DNA of 64,000 nucleotides, taken from positions 116,498,001 through 116,562,000 of the forward strand of contig NC_058368.1 of assembly GCF_018350175.1 (NCBI RefSeq), given 5' to 3'. The DNA comes from Felis catus. Lineage: Eukaryota. Position numbers and translations under genes: made by a program. The stretch's first letter is position 1, and each line of letters begins with the position of its first letter. The notes beneath the pieces are model-generated. The model had not been told where the DNA came from. It saw nothing but the letters and a program-made list of their open reading frames with translations, and did no database searches. Below are positions 1 through 13,192 of the stretch, in pieces.

Positions 1-11
1 TATTTTGAGTA

Positions 12-495
12 ACATGGCTTTACAAGGCCCTACATAATCTGGCCCTGCTGTTCTGTAATGTTTTCTCTTACTGTTCTTCCCTTCCACCCCTGCTCATCCT
101 GCTTCCCCCACATTGGCCTCCTTGCTGTTTCCTATAACATTCCAAAGCCCTCAGGATCTTTGTGCTTGCCATTGTCTCTACCTGAAATGCCATTCCGGAA
201 GCTATCCTTAAGCTCACTTTCCCAATTCACTCATGAGTTTGTTCAACTATCCCTTACCAGAGAGGCCTTCCTAACAATCCCATATAACATATCAATCCTC
301 AATGCTCTCTCCTCTTTCTCTTCACAGCACTTATCTTACTTTGATATATTATATGTTTATTGTCTTCCCCTCACCCCCACCATCCAACTAGAATCTGGAC
401 TCCGTAAGAACCAGAACTTCTTTATGATTTCTGCTGTATCCACAGGGTTTAGCATTGTGCCTGGCACATAATTAGCACTTGAATGGATGAATGTC
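12..495 (+). mobile_element. Degenerate L2 LINE 3' fragment
   Basis: Resembles the L2 3' end (...tgtgcctggcacata...gaatggatgaatg); recognised by eye. Confidence 0.6.
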
Positions 496-2022
496 TCCAG
501 CTTCCATCACCATGATCTCCAGCCCTACGTAATCAGTTATAATTCCCAGATCTGGCCATTATACTTTCAGGTTTCTGAGCCTTTTGAAGTGCCATTTTTG
601 CCTGGGAATGTCCTTCCTGAGGAAACACCTCTCAAGAGCTGGGTTAAATGTCTCCTTTTCTGTACAGCCTTCCACAGAACCACCCTTCCCTCATATAGTT
701 GATCCCTCCCACTCACTGAATCATAACTATCTTTTCTGTGTACATCTCCCTTATTGGATTGAGAACTCCCTGAGGACATGGATGTTTTGGATTCATCTTT
801 GTATACCAGGATCCTAATGGGGCCTGAGGTTGAGCAGGGGCTCCATAATTTTGATGAAGAGTTCTCAAAGCTATTCAAATGAAAGGAGTTGCTTCAAGTG
901 GTTAGTTCTCTGAGACAAGAAATGTTCCAAGAGGCTGGATGAAGTCCCTTGGGGACACTCCAGGGGGCCTCCTGACTGGGGGTGGGGGGGGGAGGTTTAT
1001 TTATCTGTCCCCATGATTCTCTGCATCTGTGGTCTGGTAACCTGTGTAACTCTCCCACCAATGTTACTTTGCATCCTTCATCCCTACCTGTGTGGCTCTA
1101 GATACTAGAGGGAAGCAGATCAGTGGGTTGTGGTTATTTATATCCCCCTCCCTTCCTTCTCCCAGCTCCTCTGTGAGGCAAGTGTATAGCTCTCTGATGG
1201 ATGTGGCTGCCTCCTCGATGTACAGAAGAGACTCCTAGAAGGAACAATATGTCTTGGTCGATGCCCTGGGTCTCTGAAATAATGTGGTTTGGAGGGCACA
1301 TGTGGTTAATTGCCCTGTGAAAGGTCTAAGAGGCTGTGAAGGGTCTAAGCTGTTATCCTATTTGCAATTCAAAGATCCAGCCAGCAAAAAAAAAAAACAA
1401 AAAAACAAAAAACAAAAAAACAGCCAGAAACAATTATACACACATTTACTAACATAATGATCAGATCTCTGGTTCAGACACAGAATGTTTAATGACAGCA
1501 TCTTGCAACAGTCCTCTGTGCCCAAATTCCCCAATGACACAGTGGAAGCCAAAATACCTGTGTGTGCCAAGGGGCTTTACACAGCAGAAGAGAAACCCTG
1601 GAATTATGAAACCCAGAGCTTATGTAGGACAGGTGGCATAGCTGTCCCTTCTCCCGGGAGGGTGGGAGAGATAAAGAGAGAGAGAATAAGTAAGTGGCTC
1701 CGGTTTTATTGCCATTGACAGGGGGAGAAGCTGGCTCTTGGAAAGTGCACCACAGAGGAAACGTGCTGTAACTTGCTAGGCACGTTTCTCACTCAGATAT
1801 CCTTTAACTCAGGTGCCAGTAATCTCTTCAGAAAGCTGGATTGCACCGAAACCTCTGTTTCTCACACACAGCCTAGACAGGCAATATTCCCTTCCCCTTG
1901 CACCCTTGAAGTTCTATTCTTAGGATGAAGAAAGTCTAAATATATCCAGCTCTGTGCCTAGCACATCACAACACCCAGTACACACATCTGTTGAGTAAAT
2001 GGCATGAATCGTTGTTTCAGGT

Positions 2023-2028
2023 TTTAAT
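2023..2028 (-). terminator. CD14 poly(A) signal ATTAAA
   Basis: tttaat on the + strand about 95 nt past the stop codon. Confidence 0.65.
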
Positions 2029-2123
2029 GAACATGGGGCAGAGGGTTGGTTGATTAAGACGTTCTGACGAGGCTTCCCAGCAGCCAGGGCAATCTGAGCC
2101 AATTCATTAGTCTCTCCTGGGCT

Positions 2124-3337
2124 TTAGGCGAAGCCCCCCGCCCTTTGAAGCACCGCGAGGGTTCCGGACATCCCCACAGCCAAGGCCGAACGCGCACAGG
2201 CTTGGACCACGCCAGAGTTCATCGGGTCTTCTTGGTATTTGGGGGCTTCAGGGTCCATAAAGGGATTCCCGTCCAGTGTCAGGTTACTCACCTTGGGCAG
2301 CTCTTCTAGCCCCGGCACTCTGTTCAGCCTGTTGCACCTAAGATCTAGCACGCTGAGCTTGGCCGGCAGTCCCTTAGGCACCTGCTCCAGCCCAGCGAAC
2401 GACAAGTTGAGAGAGTTCAGTGTGCTGGGCCAGACACATCCAGGAGCGCCTGGGGCGGTGGCGCGCAGCGAGTTGTGGCTGAGGTCTAGGCTGTGGGGTT
2501 GCACACCCGCCGCCGCCATGGCCACGCACACGCCGTTGGGCGTCTCCATCCCCGCGTTGCGTAAAGCCAGAGCCCGAAGGGCCGGGAATTTGTGCGGACA
2601 AAGAGCTGCAGTCAGTCCGTCCTCGCCCAGTCCGGGATTGTCGGATAAATCTAAGGTGGTGAGGGCCGGAAAGGTGCGGAGTTGGGAGCAGGGAAAAGCA
2701 AGCGAGTGTGCTTGCGCAATATTCAGTACTTTGAGGCCCGGCTTGAGCCACTGCTGCAGTTCCGCGAGCCAGGCACCTCCGGTTGCCCACGACACGTTCC
2801 GGAGACTGAGGGTGGAGAGCGCAGGCCCAGTGGCTTCCAGAAGAAGCGGCGGCATCGCGCCGGTTACCTCCAGGTTCTGGAGCGTCAGTTCTTTGAGGCG
2901 GGAATATGAGAGCGCACGCAGGAAGGCGACCAGCAGCACAGCAGGAACCTGTGCAGAGCCCACTGTGAGCCGCCGCAAGCGCAGAGCCTTGACCATGTCA
3001 GCATACTGCTTCGGGTCGGCGTCTGCGCCCTTTAGAAATTGTTCCAGGCTGCGGCCGCCGCCGTGGATCTCCACCTCGACGGCAGCCATACACTGGAAGG
3101 CGCTGGACCAGTCGGGCTGAGGATCCGTGAAGTTGCAGAAGCAGCGGACATCGTCGTCGTCCACTTCGCAGGGTTCTGGTGTGGTCTCAGAGACGCACAG
3201 CATTGGCAGCAGCAGCAGCAGCAGCAGCAAGCAGGGCGCGCGCACCTGGGAAGAGAGCGGAGGTCAGGGCGGCCCCAGCTAGTCCCTGGGGTTCTTCGAG
3301 TTGTTCCCTTTCGTCCCCAAGACCGTACACTCACCAT
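2124..3337 (-). CDS. CD14: Monocyte differentiation antigen CD14 (GPI-anchored LRR LPS co-receptor), 374 aa
   Basis: Exon 1 is the ATG only (3337-3335) followed by a GTGAGT donor; 89-nt intron 3334-3246; exon 2 is 3245-2124. Protein MVRAPCLLLLLLLLPMLCVS..EPCEVDDDDVRCFCNFTDPQPDWSSAFQC, LRR motifs (LDLSDN, LDLSHN) and a hydrophobic GPI tail. Confidence 0.98.
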
Positions 3338-3459
3338 GGTCGATTGGTGCTCGGAGACTCTGTCCTGGCAAGCTCAGGGAAGGGCTCTGGCTTCTTTCCT
3401 TGTGCAGCGGCACTCCCTGGTTTCTAGGCTCCCCACACGTTATCTGTCCTCTTTGGCGG

Positions 3460-3770
3460 CCTCTGAGAGTTTATGTAACCCTGGGGTGTCACTCTGTTAC
3501 TTCCTTTGTGAACCCTGGTCACTCCCCACCTCTCTGCCACCCAACCGCTCTATGCACTACGGTTCTGGGAAATTTTGCAATGAGGGATTTTGCCAGGAGA
3601 GGGACTTTTGCAGGAAGGATATTGTAGGGCATCTGGAGTGCAATGCTCCAGGCAGTGCCCTGATGAGTCAGACACCCCAGGCTTGTTTGATAGTTATTGA
3701 GAAAGAAGGATCTCCAGTGCCGCAGGCCAGGACTCTTACCTCCCTCTGCCTCTATCCCAATGACTCAACT
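3460..3770 (-). promoter_or_regulatory. CD14 proximal promoter with myeloid motifs
   Basis: PU.1/ETS AGGAAGT (3499-3505), C/EBP-like ttttgcaat (3573-3581), two AP-1 sites TGAGTCA (3664-3670) and TGACTCA (3761-3767). Confidence 0.55.
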
Positions 3771-6407
3771 GGGGTAGTTTGCTTAACTTTTCTCTAGTTT
3801 TGGTGGTTACTATGAACTTACCAACACACCCAAATCCAATCACCTGAATATCCTCAGATATATAATTGGATATTTTGTGGAAGGAATTGCAAATTTCATC
3901 TGTTGACTCCAAGGGATAGGATGAGGTTCGTGAGAAGGAAGTAGGTCTGAAGAACAACTCTCTTCCTTTTTTTTTTTCTGCTGACTTGTTCTTTTTAAAA
4001 CTTTATTAAGAAAGTAATAGCTTTCTTAAAAGTAGAAAGAAGTGTTTAACAGAGACACATTGGCCAAGTAGCTCCACCTCTTACAGTTTCCATGTTCTTA
4101 TCCTGAAATTGAGAAACAAGGCATTTCTAACCCAGTTTGCCCCCTTGCACCTAGCTCTCCCCTCCCTTCCCCCCAACACAATTCCTGTGTCCTAGAAAGG
4201 AAAGGCTGGACCAATGTTGAATGAGGATTAATTAGTAACCTACCTGTTTTGCCAAGAAAAAAAAGCAAGTGTCCCAGAGGGTGGTGTAGGGGCTATGCCT
4301 CTATAACTGCCCTCACAGTTCTGCACCTCTGGATTCTGGGGAAAGAGCTATACAAAAAAAATGTTTGAATTCTCACTTCTCCTATTTTTCAGGAATGGCT
4401 TCACATCTGTCCTCATTCCAAACAGGGAGGCTTCATCAGGCCAGACTGCTCTCTGTGTGCCTTGTTGATCATGCCCTTATACCCTGAGCCATGCCCCAAA
4501 GCCAGGCCAGGTCACTGGTGCTTCCTTGAGGACCAAGATGTGAGTATAGCTCAGTGTTGAATACACTGACTCTGCAGTCAGACAGCCAGGCTTGGAATCC
4601 CAGCTCTACCACTGAGGTTGTAAGATTTGGGCAAGTTTCTGGGCCTCAGATTTCTGCGCTCCTGCTTTGTAAAATGGACCTAATGGTAGTACCTGTCTAT
4701 GACTACAGAGCCACATCTATTAGAGTACTCCTGATGGTTATGTAAGGTCATCAAAGCCTCTGCATTCTGAAGACTCAGGGCACTGAAGCCTGGCTCCTTA
4801 GCAAACCCCATCATTTTGGGGAAAGCACTTTGTGGTGCAAATGAAGAGGGGCAATGATGGCTTGCAAAGATCACCAACTCACACCTTGATTCAACAAATA
4901 TCTATCATTTGTCTACCAAATGTCAGGGCTGGTACAAAACCCAGGGATGCAGACATGGTCATCACACAGTCCCTCAAGTACTCCAGGAACTGGAAGAGGC
5001 AAACACAGACCCAGAGCTACAGTCCATAGAGAAGAGGACTCAGAGGGGAGAAACCAAGGACTTGTGGGAGCTGTGGAGAAAGGAACAGTGAGTACTGTAT
5101 TAGAGAGGACATGGGGCTGTTGTTTACAGGATTGACAGTCTTGTTGGGCAGATAAGTGCAAAAAAAATCAGGGTGGGCAGCTGTAACTCTCTGAGCAGAC
5201 ATTTTGCCTGGTGACTTGTCTTACCTTCGCCACCAGGAGAAATATGTAGGTGTTAAAAGCAGCCTGTCCCATGACAAAGGAGATAAGACCCAGACCCTAC
5301 CTCCAGCCAGAGCATGGTGCATAGCAGGTGCTCAGTAAATGGTTGTCCCGGAGCTGGATGGATGTTGAACCTGGAGAGATGTGGGGGCAGGATGATGGTC
5401 TGCAGATATTTAACTAGGTGATTTGTGGAAGAGATTGAAGGCAACTGACTCCAAGAGATGAAATTAAATTCTGGGGAAGGAAGTTGGTTTGAAAGTGCCA
5501 AATCTTAACCACTAGACTACCAAAGGAAGTTGGTTTGAAGAACTGTTCCCTTTCCTGGATTTGCTCTTTTATTTGCCAAAGTAATAGCTTTCTAAAAATT
5601 AGAGGCCTCCAGGGAAAGCTATTAGGTAAATGTTTTATAAATTACTGTTTCTCATTTTCAGTCATACCTAATGATTTCGGTAAGCTAATGTCCTGTCTTC
5701 TTAGGTACGCATCAAACCTGGCACACATTAGAAATCATACAAAGTCCTGGATAGTTTTCATTTAACTAATCGATAGAAAAACACTTATTTTCCTATTGTA
5801 AGTGTGAAGCTTTTTGATTGTTAATAAAAGAATCTACCAACCATCAAAAAAGTAAAATAAAATAAAAATAAAAATTGGAGGCCTCCAATAGAAATTTTTA
5901 AGTGCTACCAACACTCTACTTTCTTGGAATTTTGAAAGAGAGGAGACAACATCAAACGATTACACTGTAACTTAATGACAGCTGTGAAAAGGGTTATGAA
6001 GTATACATTGTTATAGGCTCTCATGACAGGGACGCAGATACAGTAGTTCTGAGAAGGGGACACTGTAATTGAGATCCTGAGGGTGGTGTTAATTAAGGGA
6101 AGGGTGCTTATTGGGGGTTGTGGAGCAGAGACAGGGCTCTAGGGAGGGTAACAGCCTGTGCAAAAGCCTGGAGAAGGAAGAAAGCAAGGGCTTGGAACAA
6201 AGAGAAGATCCCAGGAGAGATGAATTAGTTGAGGATCCCTTCCATTGAAAACTGGAGAGGTATGCAGGGATTAGACCATGCAAGGCTTACTTGGCCACAG
6301 TTCAGATTTCAGAGGTAAGGAACACAGTTTTTAAATTCACCAGTGTTTCCCCAGTGCCTGGTAGTTAATGGCACTCAAAATTTGGTTTAAGAATTACTTA
6401 ACCCCCC

Positions 6408-6844
6408 AGGCGCCTGGCTGGCTCAGTTGCATTCTACTCTTGATTTCGGCTCAGGTCTTGATCTCATGGTTCCTGGGATCTAGCCCTGAGTGGGTGGGGC
6501 TCTGCTGATAGCGCAGAGCCTGCTTGGGATTCTCTCTCTCCCTCTTTCTCTGCCTTTCCTTCGCTCTTTCTGTCTCTTTCAAAAATAAATAAACATTAAA
6601 AAAACAATTAAATATTAAAAAAAAGAATTACTAGGGGCGCCTCGGTGGGTCAGTCGGTTAAGCGTGGGACTTGGGCTCACGTCATGATCTCACAGTCCAT
6701 GGGCTCCAGCCCCACCTCCAGCTCTGTGCTGACAGCTCAGAGCCTGGAGCCTCCTTCAGATTCTGTGTCTCCTTTTCTCTCTTTCTCTGCCCCTCTCCGT
6801 AACACGCTCTCTCTCTCAAAAGTAAATATACATTAAAAAAAAAG
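6408..6844 (+). mobile_element. Two tandem CAN-SINEs (about 6408-6622 and 6634-6844)
   Basis: tRNA-derived head, CT-rich tract and A tail; AAGAATTACT at 6389, 6623 and 6845. Confidence 0.9.
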
Positions 6845-7463
6845 AAGAATTACTTTTACTTAGAACAGGGAAATAATTATATTTGTCTCATTTTCTTTAT
6901 ACGTGTGTACTGGGGATAACTCATGATGGAGAACAATTCAATAAAGTAATGCGAATCCAGCGTTCATCAGTGAGAGCCGAGTTATTGGTGAAATCTTCCT
7001 AGAGGTTGGGGTAGTTTTGAATGTTCGTCTAGGATGTGTTAGGTATGGGGAGGTGGTATTTGCCGAGCGGAAGGTGAGGCACTGTCAGTCCAAGTCGAGG
7101 CTGAGTTTCTTTCCTAGAACTGGGAAGGAGAAAAACCGCGCTGTTCGGCTTTGCGTAAGCTCCTGGCTGCAGAGGTCCTACTCCGCCTCTAGCTTTCGCT
7201 CCGCCCCTCCCTGCCCCTGCCCCACCCCATTCTACTCTCCCTTCGCCCCGCCCCTCCATCGGTCGTTACCGCCTCTGTCCCCGCCCTGCTCCACAGCCTG
7301 GTCGCGCCTTCTAGCTCCTCCCCGCCTTCTCTTTGCGCCGTGCTCCGCCCACTCGCACCTCCTTTTCCGGCAAGCGCTGCGGTTGCGCGGTGCGTGCCAT
7401 CTTTTAGGCTCGTGGAGCGCTTTGCTGGCTTTCTGCTTTGGGCGAATTTTATCCAGGCCCACC

Positions 7464-10400
7464 ATGTGGAGCGGAAGGCAGGGTCGCCTCAGACCGGTGG
7501 GCTGCGTGGTAGAGGAGCTACGGTGCCGCCGACGGGAGCGGGAGGCAGGTGCTGGCGAGCAAGGGAGACGGCAGGATGCGCGGGGTGGCTATGGCGGTCG
7601 AGATAGGATAAGGAGGCTCCCGGGTTGGAGACGGGGTTCAGAGTCCTAGATGCCCCCCCTACGTTCAGCCGGCTTCTTTGCCCCCAGCACTGCGGAAGGC
7701 GCGGAGGGAACAGCAGCTGATCAGTAAGAGACTGCTGAGAGACGACGCGTCGGAGGAAGCCGAAGGGGGATGTGTGGCCATGATCCTTGGGGAAACTGAG
7801 GTGAGGCCACAGGGTGCACGGTGAGGTCGACACCGGCTGGCGCCAAATTCCTTTTGAGGTCCGCCCCACATCTGGACGCGGTCCCTTCACTACCTCCATC
7901 CATCCAGTGGGCCAAGCCAGAAACCGGTGAATCATCCTCGACAACTCGGTCTCTCATCCCCACACCGATACATCAAGTCTTAGTCGTTTTGAACATCTTA
8001 AGGAGCTTTGGCGTCCTTAACGTGCTTCACCATCGTGGTTAAGCCATCCTCTTCTCCGTGTACTCAAAATAGCCTTCTAACAGGTCATCTGTATCTGTGC
8101 TTGCCGCCTTCAAATTCATTCTCCATACATCAGACAGATGTGCCTTTTAAGAACACATAGAGACCGAAATCCTTCCTGTGACCTATAATGTCCAGCACTG
8201 TCTAACCTTTGCCTCCCTCCAACCTTACCAGTTTATTCATCTTAGCCCAAATTACCCGTTTTTAGGTTTTTTTGTTTTTGTTTTTTTGTTTTTTACTTAT
8301 TTTTGGGAGAACGCAAGCCAGGGAGGGGCAGAGACAGGACAGAGGCTCTGAAGTGGGGTCTGGGCTGAAGCCTTACAGAAGCGATCCTGATGTGGGGCTG
8401 GAACTCACGGGGAGATCGTGACCTGAATATAAGTCGATCCTTCAATTGACTGAGCCACCCAGGTGCCACACCCCTTTTTAGTTCTTGAAAGACTGTATTA
8501 GGCTCTTTCCTGTCTCAAGTCATTTGCATTTGCAGCATCTAAAAGTGAGTCTCTTTTAGTATTGGCTTGACAGCCTGTTTGCAGAATATCGATCCTAATT
8601 GCTTGTTTATCATTTTTCCAACGAGACTTATTTATTTGTTTTTTAATGTTTATTTATTTATTAAAAAAAAATTTTTTTTTCAACGTTTATTTATTTTTGG
8701 GACAGAGAGACAGAGCATGAACGGGGGAGGGGCAGAGAGAGAGGGAGACACAGAATCGGAAACATGCTCCAGGCTCTGAGCCATCAGCCCAGAGCCCGAC
8801 GCGGGGCTCGAACTCACGGACCGCGAGATCGTGACCTGGCTGAAGTCGGACGCTTAACCGACTGCGCCACCCAGGCACCCCAAATGTTTATTTATTTTTG
8901 AGAGAGAGACAGAGTGCGAGCAGGGGAGGGGCAGAGAGAGAGGGAAGGAGACAGAATCTCAAGCAGGCTCCAGGCCCCGAGCTGTTGGCACAGACCCTCA
9001 TATGGGGCTTGAACGCTCAAACCGCAAGATCATGACCTGAGCCAAAGTTGGACACTTAGCTGACTGAGCCACCTAGGTGCCTCAGAACCTACACCCTATC
9101 TTAGTTGTTGTCATTGAAAACTCACATGTCTGTAGACTATCAAGGCATATAGTAGATGGTCAGTATTTAGTGAATAAGTGAATGAAATGATTAGTTTTAC
9201 CTGATTTATTCATTCAGCAAGCATTGGGCATCCCCTTTGTTTATATTGTCTATGTTTACATATGTTGTTCACAAAGCACTCGTGCCTAGGTTCATTGGTT
9301 CATTGTGTGCTTACTTTATGCCAAGATACTGTGCTGGGTACTGAGGTACACAAAGATGAAGAGAATCCCTTTCTTTGAAGTGCTTGCAATAACCCAGTGA
9401 AGGAGACAGGTGTGCTAACCACCTGTCATGAAGGAAACATGAGGCACAATAGAAACCCCTAAATGTGCAAAAGGAAGCCAGGAAGACCTTACTTCTCAGA
9501 GGCAGTAACCGGAATAGAAATCTGAAGGGAGTGGAGGACCTGGGGAGGCTATCCCAGGCAGAAAAATGGATTGTGCAAAAGCTTGGAAGCATTAGAAACA
9601 AGTCATGTTATGCTAGGTGTTGGAGTATAGGTTGCACGGGGAGAATGGCTAGAGGGATAGGCTGTGCCAGACTGAAAGGTTTAAATGTTATCCTTGAAAT
9701 AACCCCTTAAGAAGGCAGGAAAGATGTTATTCCCATTTTTCAGGTGAAAAACTGAGGTTTAGGTTTCTTGTAGAGAAGTGGCAGGGCTGGTATTAAACCC
9801 AGTTGTGATTCCCTCTTCTGTCTACCCTACTGCAAGATTGAGACTTACTAGCTATATTAGTAAGCTAGCTATATTAGTGTGACAAGTTCAAGGCATGGTG
9901 CAACATTGGAGTGCTCACAGGTGAAGTGGGCAGAGTAGGACTCATGTTTGCTTTCTGGCAACTTTATGTTGCCATCTCTTCTCTCCATGCCCTGTGCTCC
10001 AGATCCAGCATTTCCTACGATTAGCACAGCAGGGGACAGAAGAAAAGGAGAGAGAGAGGGCTCTGGTCAGCCTTCGTCGAGGCTTGCAGCACCCTGAGAC
10101 GCAGCAGACCTTCATCTGGTCAGTGTGGGTGGTGTGAGTGGGGGCTGGGTCTCTAAGAGATGGACAGGAGTGTGGAGGGGATGGGCCACAGGCTGAGCAG
10201 GGCTCTGGTGCTCACTCATGTAGGCTGGAGGGCAGCATGCGGACCTTGGTCGGGCTTCTGACCAGCAACCAAGCCCTGTTGCAGCTTGAGGCCGCTCGGT
10301 GCCTTCATGAGCTCTCTCATTCTGAACAGTCTGCGGTGGCTGAGGCCTGCCTGCCAGCCACTTCCTACCTTCTCACCTACCTCTCCGGTCACAGCTCAGA

Positions 10401-13192
10401 CTTTATAGTAAGCCTTGTCCCTTCCTACCTTGTTCTTGGCTTGGATTTAAAAATTATGCTTTTGGGTATAGTTTGACCTGGCACATAGGGGAAGAAGAAA
10501 ACTTGTTTCCCCTGATGTCCATAGCCATACATATGCCCATCATCTTCCACTCCCTTTTGCCCAGAGCCTCGAAGACAACGCTGTTCCATCCTCCGCACTC
10601 CCACCCCCACCCTAGCCTGAGATAGGCTATGCCCAGTGCTTTTGTTGTCCCACTCTCAGGAGCTCTGTCTGTATACACTGGGTAACCTGATTGTGGAGAG
10701 TGAGGCTGTGAGAAGGCAGCTCCTGCCACAGGGCATTGTTCCAGCCTTGGCTGCCTGCATCCAGGTGAGCGTCCATCTACTGTCTCCCTCCTTGGGCAGC
10801 ACTCCCCTCACTTGTCTCTACATGGTCCCCCTGCTTTGTTTAGGCAGCTTCAGCCTCTGCCCTATGCTAAGGGGTTGAAGGTCACAGGGAACCTTATGAC
10901 GCGGTTTCCAGAGTCAGATCTGTACTCTGTCTACTTCTAGTACTTCTGTACTCTGTCTGCTTCTAGTCCCCCCATCTGACTGTGCTGGAAGCCCTAGGAT
11001 ATGCCTTATCCCAGCTTCTGCAAGTTAAGGAAGCTCCAGAGATGATCATCCCGTAAGTAAAATTGTGTCTGCAGATGTGCAGGTAGGTGTGACCCACTTT
11101 GTATTGTAACCCCTGGAGGTGTGATTGAGTCTTGTTTCCAAAGCTGTTGCACATTTTAGCTCAAGGTGTCTGGCTGGGAAGAGCTTTGGATTTGAATGCT
11201 TTCCCACCTGCTCTTAGGGTTTGGGAAGAATGACTGGCATTTTGGTTTCTGTGGTTCCCACTCACAGCTCTCCTTCTGCTGACAGCTCCGTCTTGGGCTC
11301 CACTCTCCCTGAGCACATCCTGCGACTGTTGCAACCTGGTCCAAAGCTGAACCTTGGGGTTGCTGTGGAGTTTGCTTGGTGTCTGCACTATATCATCTGC
11401 AGGTAACAAAGGCCTTTTGCAGAAGTCCCACAGACCTTCCCTAGGTCTCCCTAGGGATCCCTTCTAGGACACTCTTGTTTTTGAACTTTGGTTTCCGGAA
11501 TTTCAGAGAGTTTTCTTCCTTCTGCAGTCCTCTTTACTTGGAGCCCAGGAAGCCTACAACCTAGGTCATTTGCCATCTTAAAGGTAGGATTGACTGAGTA
11601 GTGACTATTTGATTCTTATTGCCCAGCCAGGTCGACAATACCCTGCTTATCTCCCATGGGGGTCTGTCCACTCTGGGGTTGCTGCTATTGGACATGGCTG
11701 GAGCTGTCCAGAGAACAGAGGATACAGGACTGGAGCTGGTAGGTGAAGAGAACAGGTCAAGGTCTGGGCTACCTTTCTTCCTACTCTGTTCTTCCTTCAG
11801 TGCACAGGTAGCCCCTTCCTCCTTAGACCATACTCAGACCAACTTGTCTTTGCAGCTGGCATGTCCTGTGCTTCGGTGTCTAAGCAACTTACTAACAGAA
11901 GCAGCAATGGAGGTTGTGGGAGGGCAAAATCAGCTTGAAGACGAGCGTGTTGTGGCTGCCTTATTTATCCTTCTGCAGTTCTTCCTTCAGAAACAGCCCA
12001 GCCTACTTCCTGAGGGCCTCTGGTTCCTTAACAACCTCACTGGTATGTGTCATAATGTGCCTAGGACCTTTAGATACTGGACATACTTACTCACTGACTT
12101 GGCCAAGGTGGGTAGGATTGGGGGGGGGGGGCAGTTGCGGTTTCATTTCCCTGTTTGGGGACTCTACTGTGACATTTTCCCTTCTAGCAAACAGTCCTAG
12201 TTTCTGTACCTCCTTGCTCTCCATGGATCTGATTGAGCCCCTCTTGCAGTTGTTGCCAGTTTCTAACGTGGTGAGCATATTGGTAGGTATTGGGGTCACT
12301 TAAGTATGGGATCTGGTGCCAAAGTAAAAACAGTGGGAGCAGGCCTTTGCACTCAGAAGTACCCTTACCTGAGAGCTGGCAGGTGGTGTGGTATGGATGG
12401 CTTCAGGGCCAGACCAGTCTAGATGTGAATCCTTAAACGACTAGTTACTAACCTTGGGCAAATCAGCTTATCATCTTGAACTTTAGTTTCCTCGTGTGTA
12501 ATTGGGAATAGCAGTCCTACCTGAGGGCAGCTGTAGGGATTACAAAACATGCATAGAAGTGCTTGGCATGGTGCCTGGCCATGTGGTCAGCACTCCATAT
12601 TTTAGCGATCTTTAGTCTTTAGTTTTCATCCTTTGTGGGTACTGTGTATACATGTCTTTCTGCAGGTCCTCACAGTTCTGTGCAACGTGGCAGAGAAGGG
12701 TCCTGCTTACTGCCAACGTCTGTGGCCAGGGCCCTTGCTCTCCTGCTTGATTGGTACACTGGCCTTCCCTGACATTGAGGTAGTAGGCCAGAGTTTAGAG
12801 CTGCTGCAATTGCTGTTCCTCTACCAGCCAGAGGTGGGTTTTGGCCCTGGTCCCCTGTTCTGAGGCCTCTAGTCTCACTATGGCCCCTTTCCTTCCAGTC
12901 CTATCTCTAGTCAATTCTCTGGGCCTGGCAAGCCTATATGGACTCCAGGTCGGAACTTCCAGCCTCTTTTTGGGAAGGCTTTCTTCCAAATAGAGGTGGA
13001 TTAACCCATAAGCCTGTAGGAATCAAGTGTTAGGGCACAGGGACCCAGGTATTAAATCCTGTTCTACCCTGCCCTTAGGCTGCTAAGGATTTTCTGCAGC
13101 AATCAGGGCTGCAGGTCCTGGAAAGGCACCAGGAGGAGGCCCAGCTCCAGGATCGTGTGCATGCTCTCCAGCAGACAGCTCTTCACCAGTGA
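7464..13192 (+). CDS. TMCO6: Transmembrane and coiled-coil domain protein 6 (IBB plus ARM-repeat, importin-alpha-like), 493 aa
   Basis: Exons 7464-7548, 7688-7800, 10003-10118, 10224-10407, 10660-10764, 10967-11052, 11286-11402 (alternative acceptor 11268), 11627-11738, 11856-12042, 12188-12282, 12666-12833, 13079-13192; all GT-AG, 1482 nt in frame; MWSGRQGRLRP..EELRCRRREREAALRKARREQQL. Confidence 0.95.
8265..8468 (-). mobile_element. CAN-SINE
   Basis: Reverse-complement SINE body with T-rich tail. Confidence 0.8.
8630..9083 (-). mobile_element. Nested CAN-SINEs: a young Felidae-type copy (about 8672-8882) inserted in the tail of an older copy
   Basis: Two SINE bodies; aatgtttatttattt duplicated on both sides of the inner copy. 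Confidence 0.88.

Noticed and set aside
2239-3797. Long + strand ORFs (293 aa and 252 aa with polyQ) antisense to CD14
   Set aside because: Shadow ORFs of a GC-rich coding exon; the polyQ/polyA tracts are other frames of the Leu repeat.
7017-7463. Open frame extending TMCO6 upstream by 149 codons
   Set aside because: No in-frame ATG, lies across the GC-rich promoter, and the ATG at 7464 has a good -3 Kozak context.
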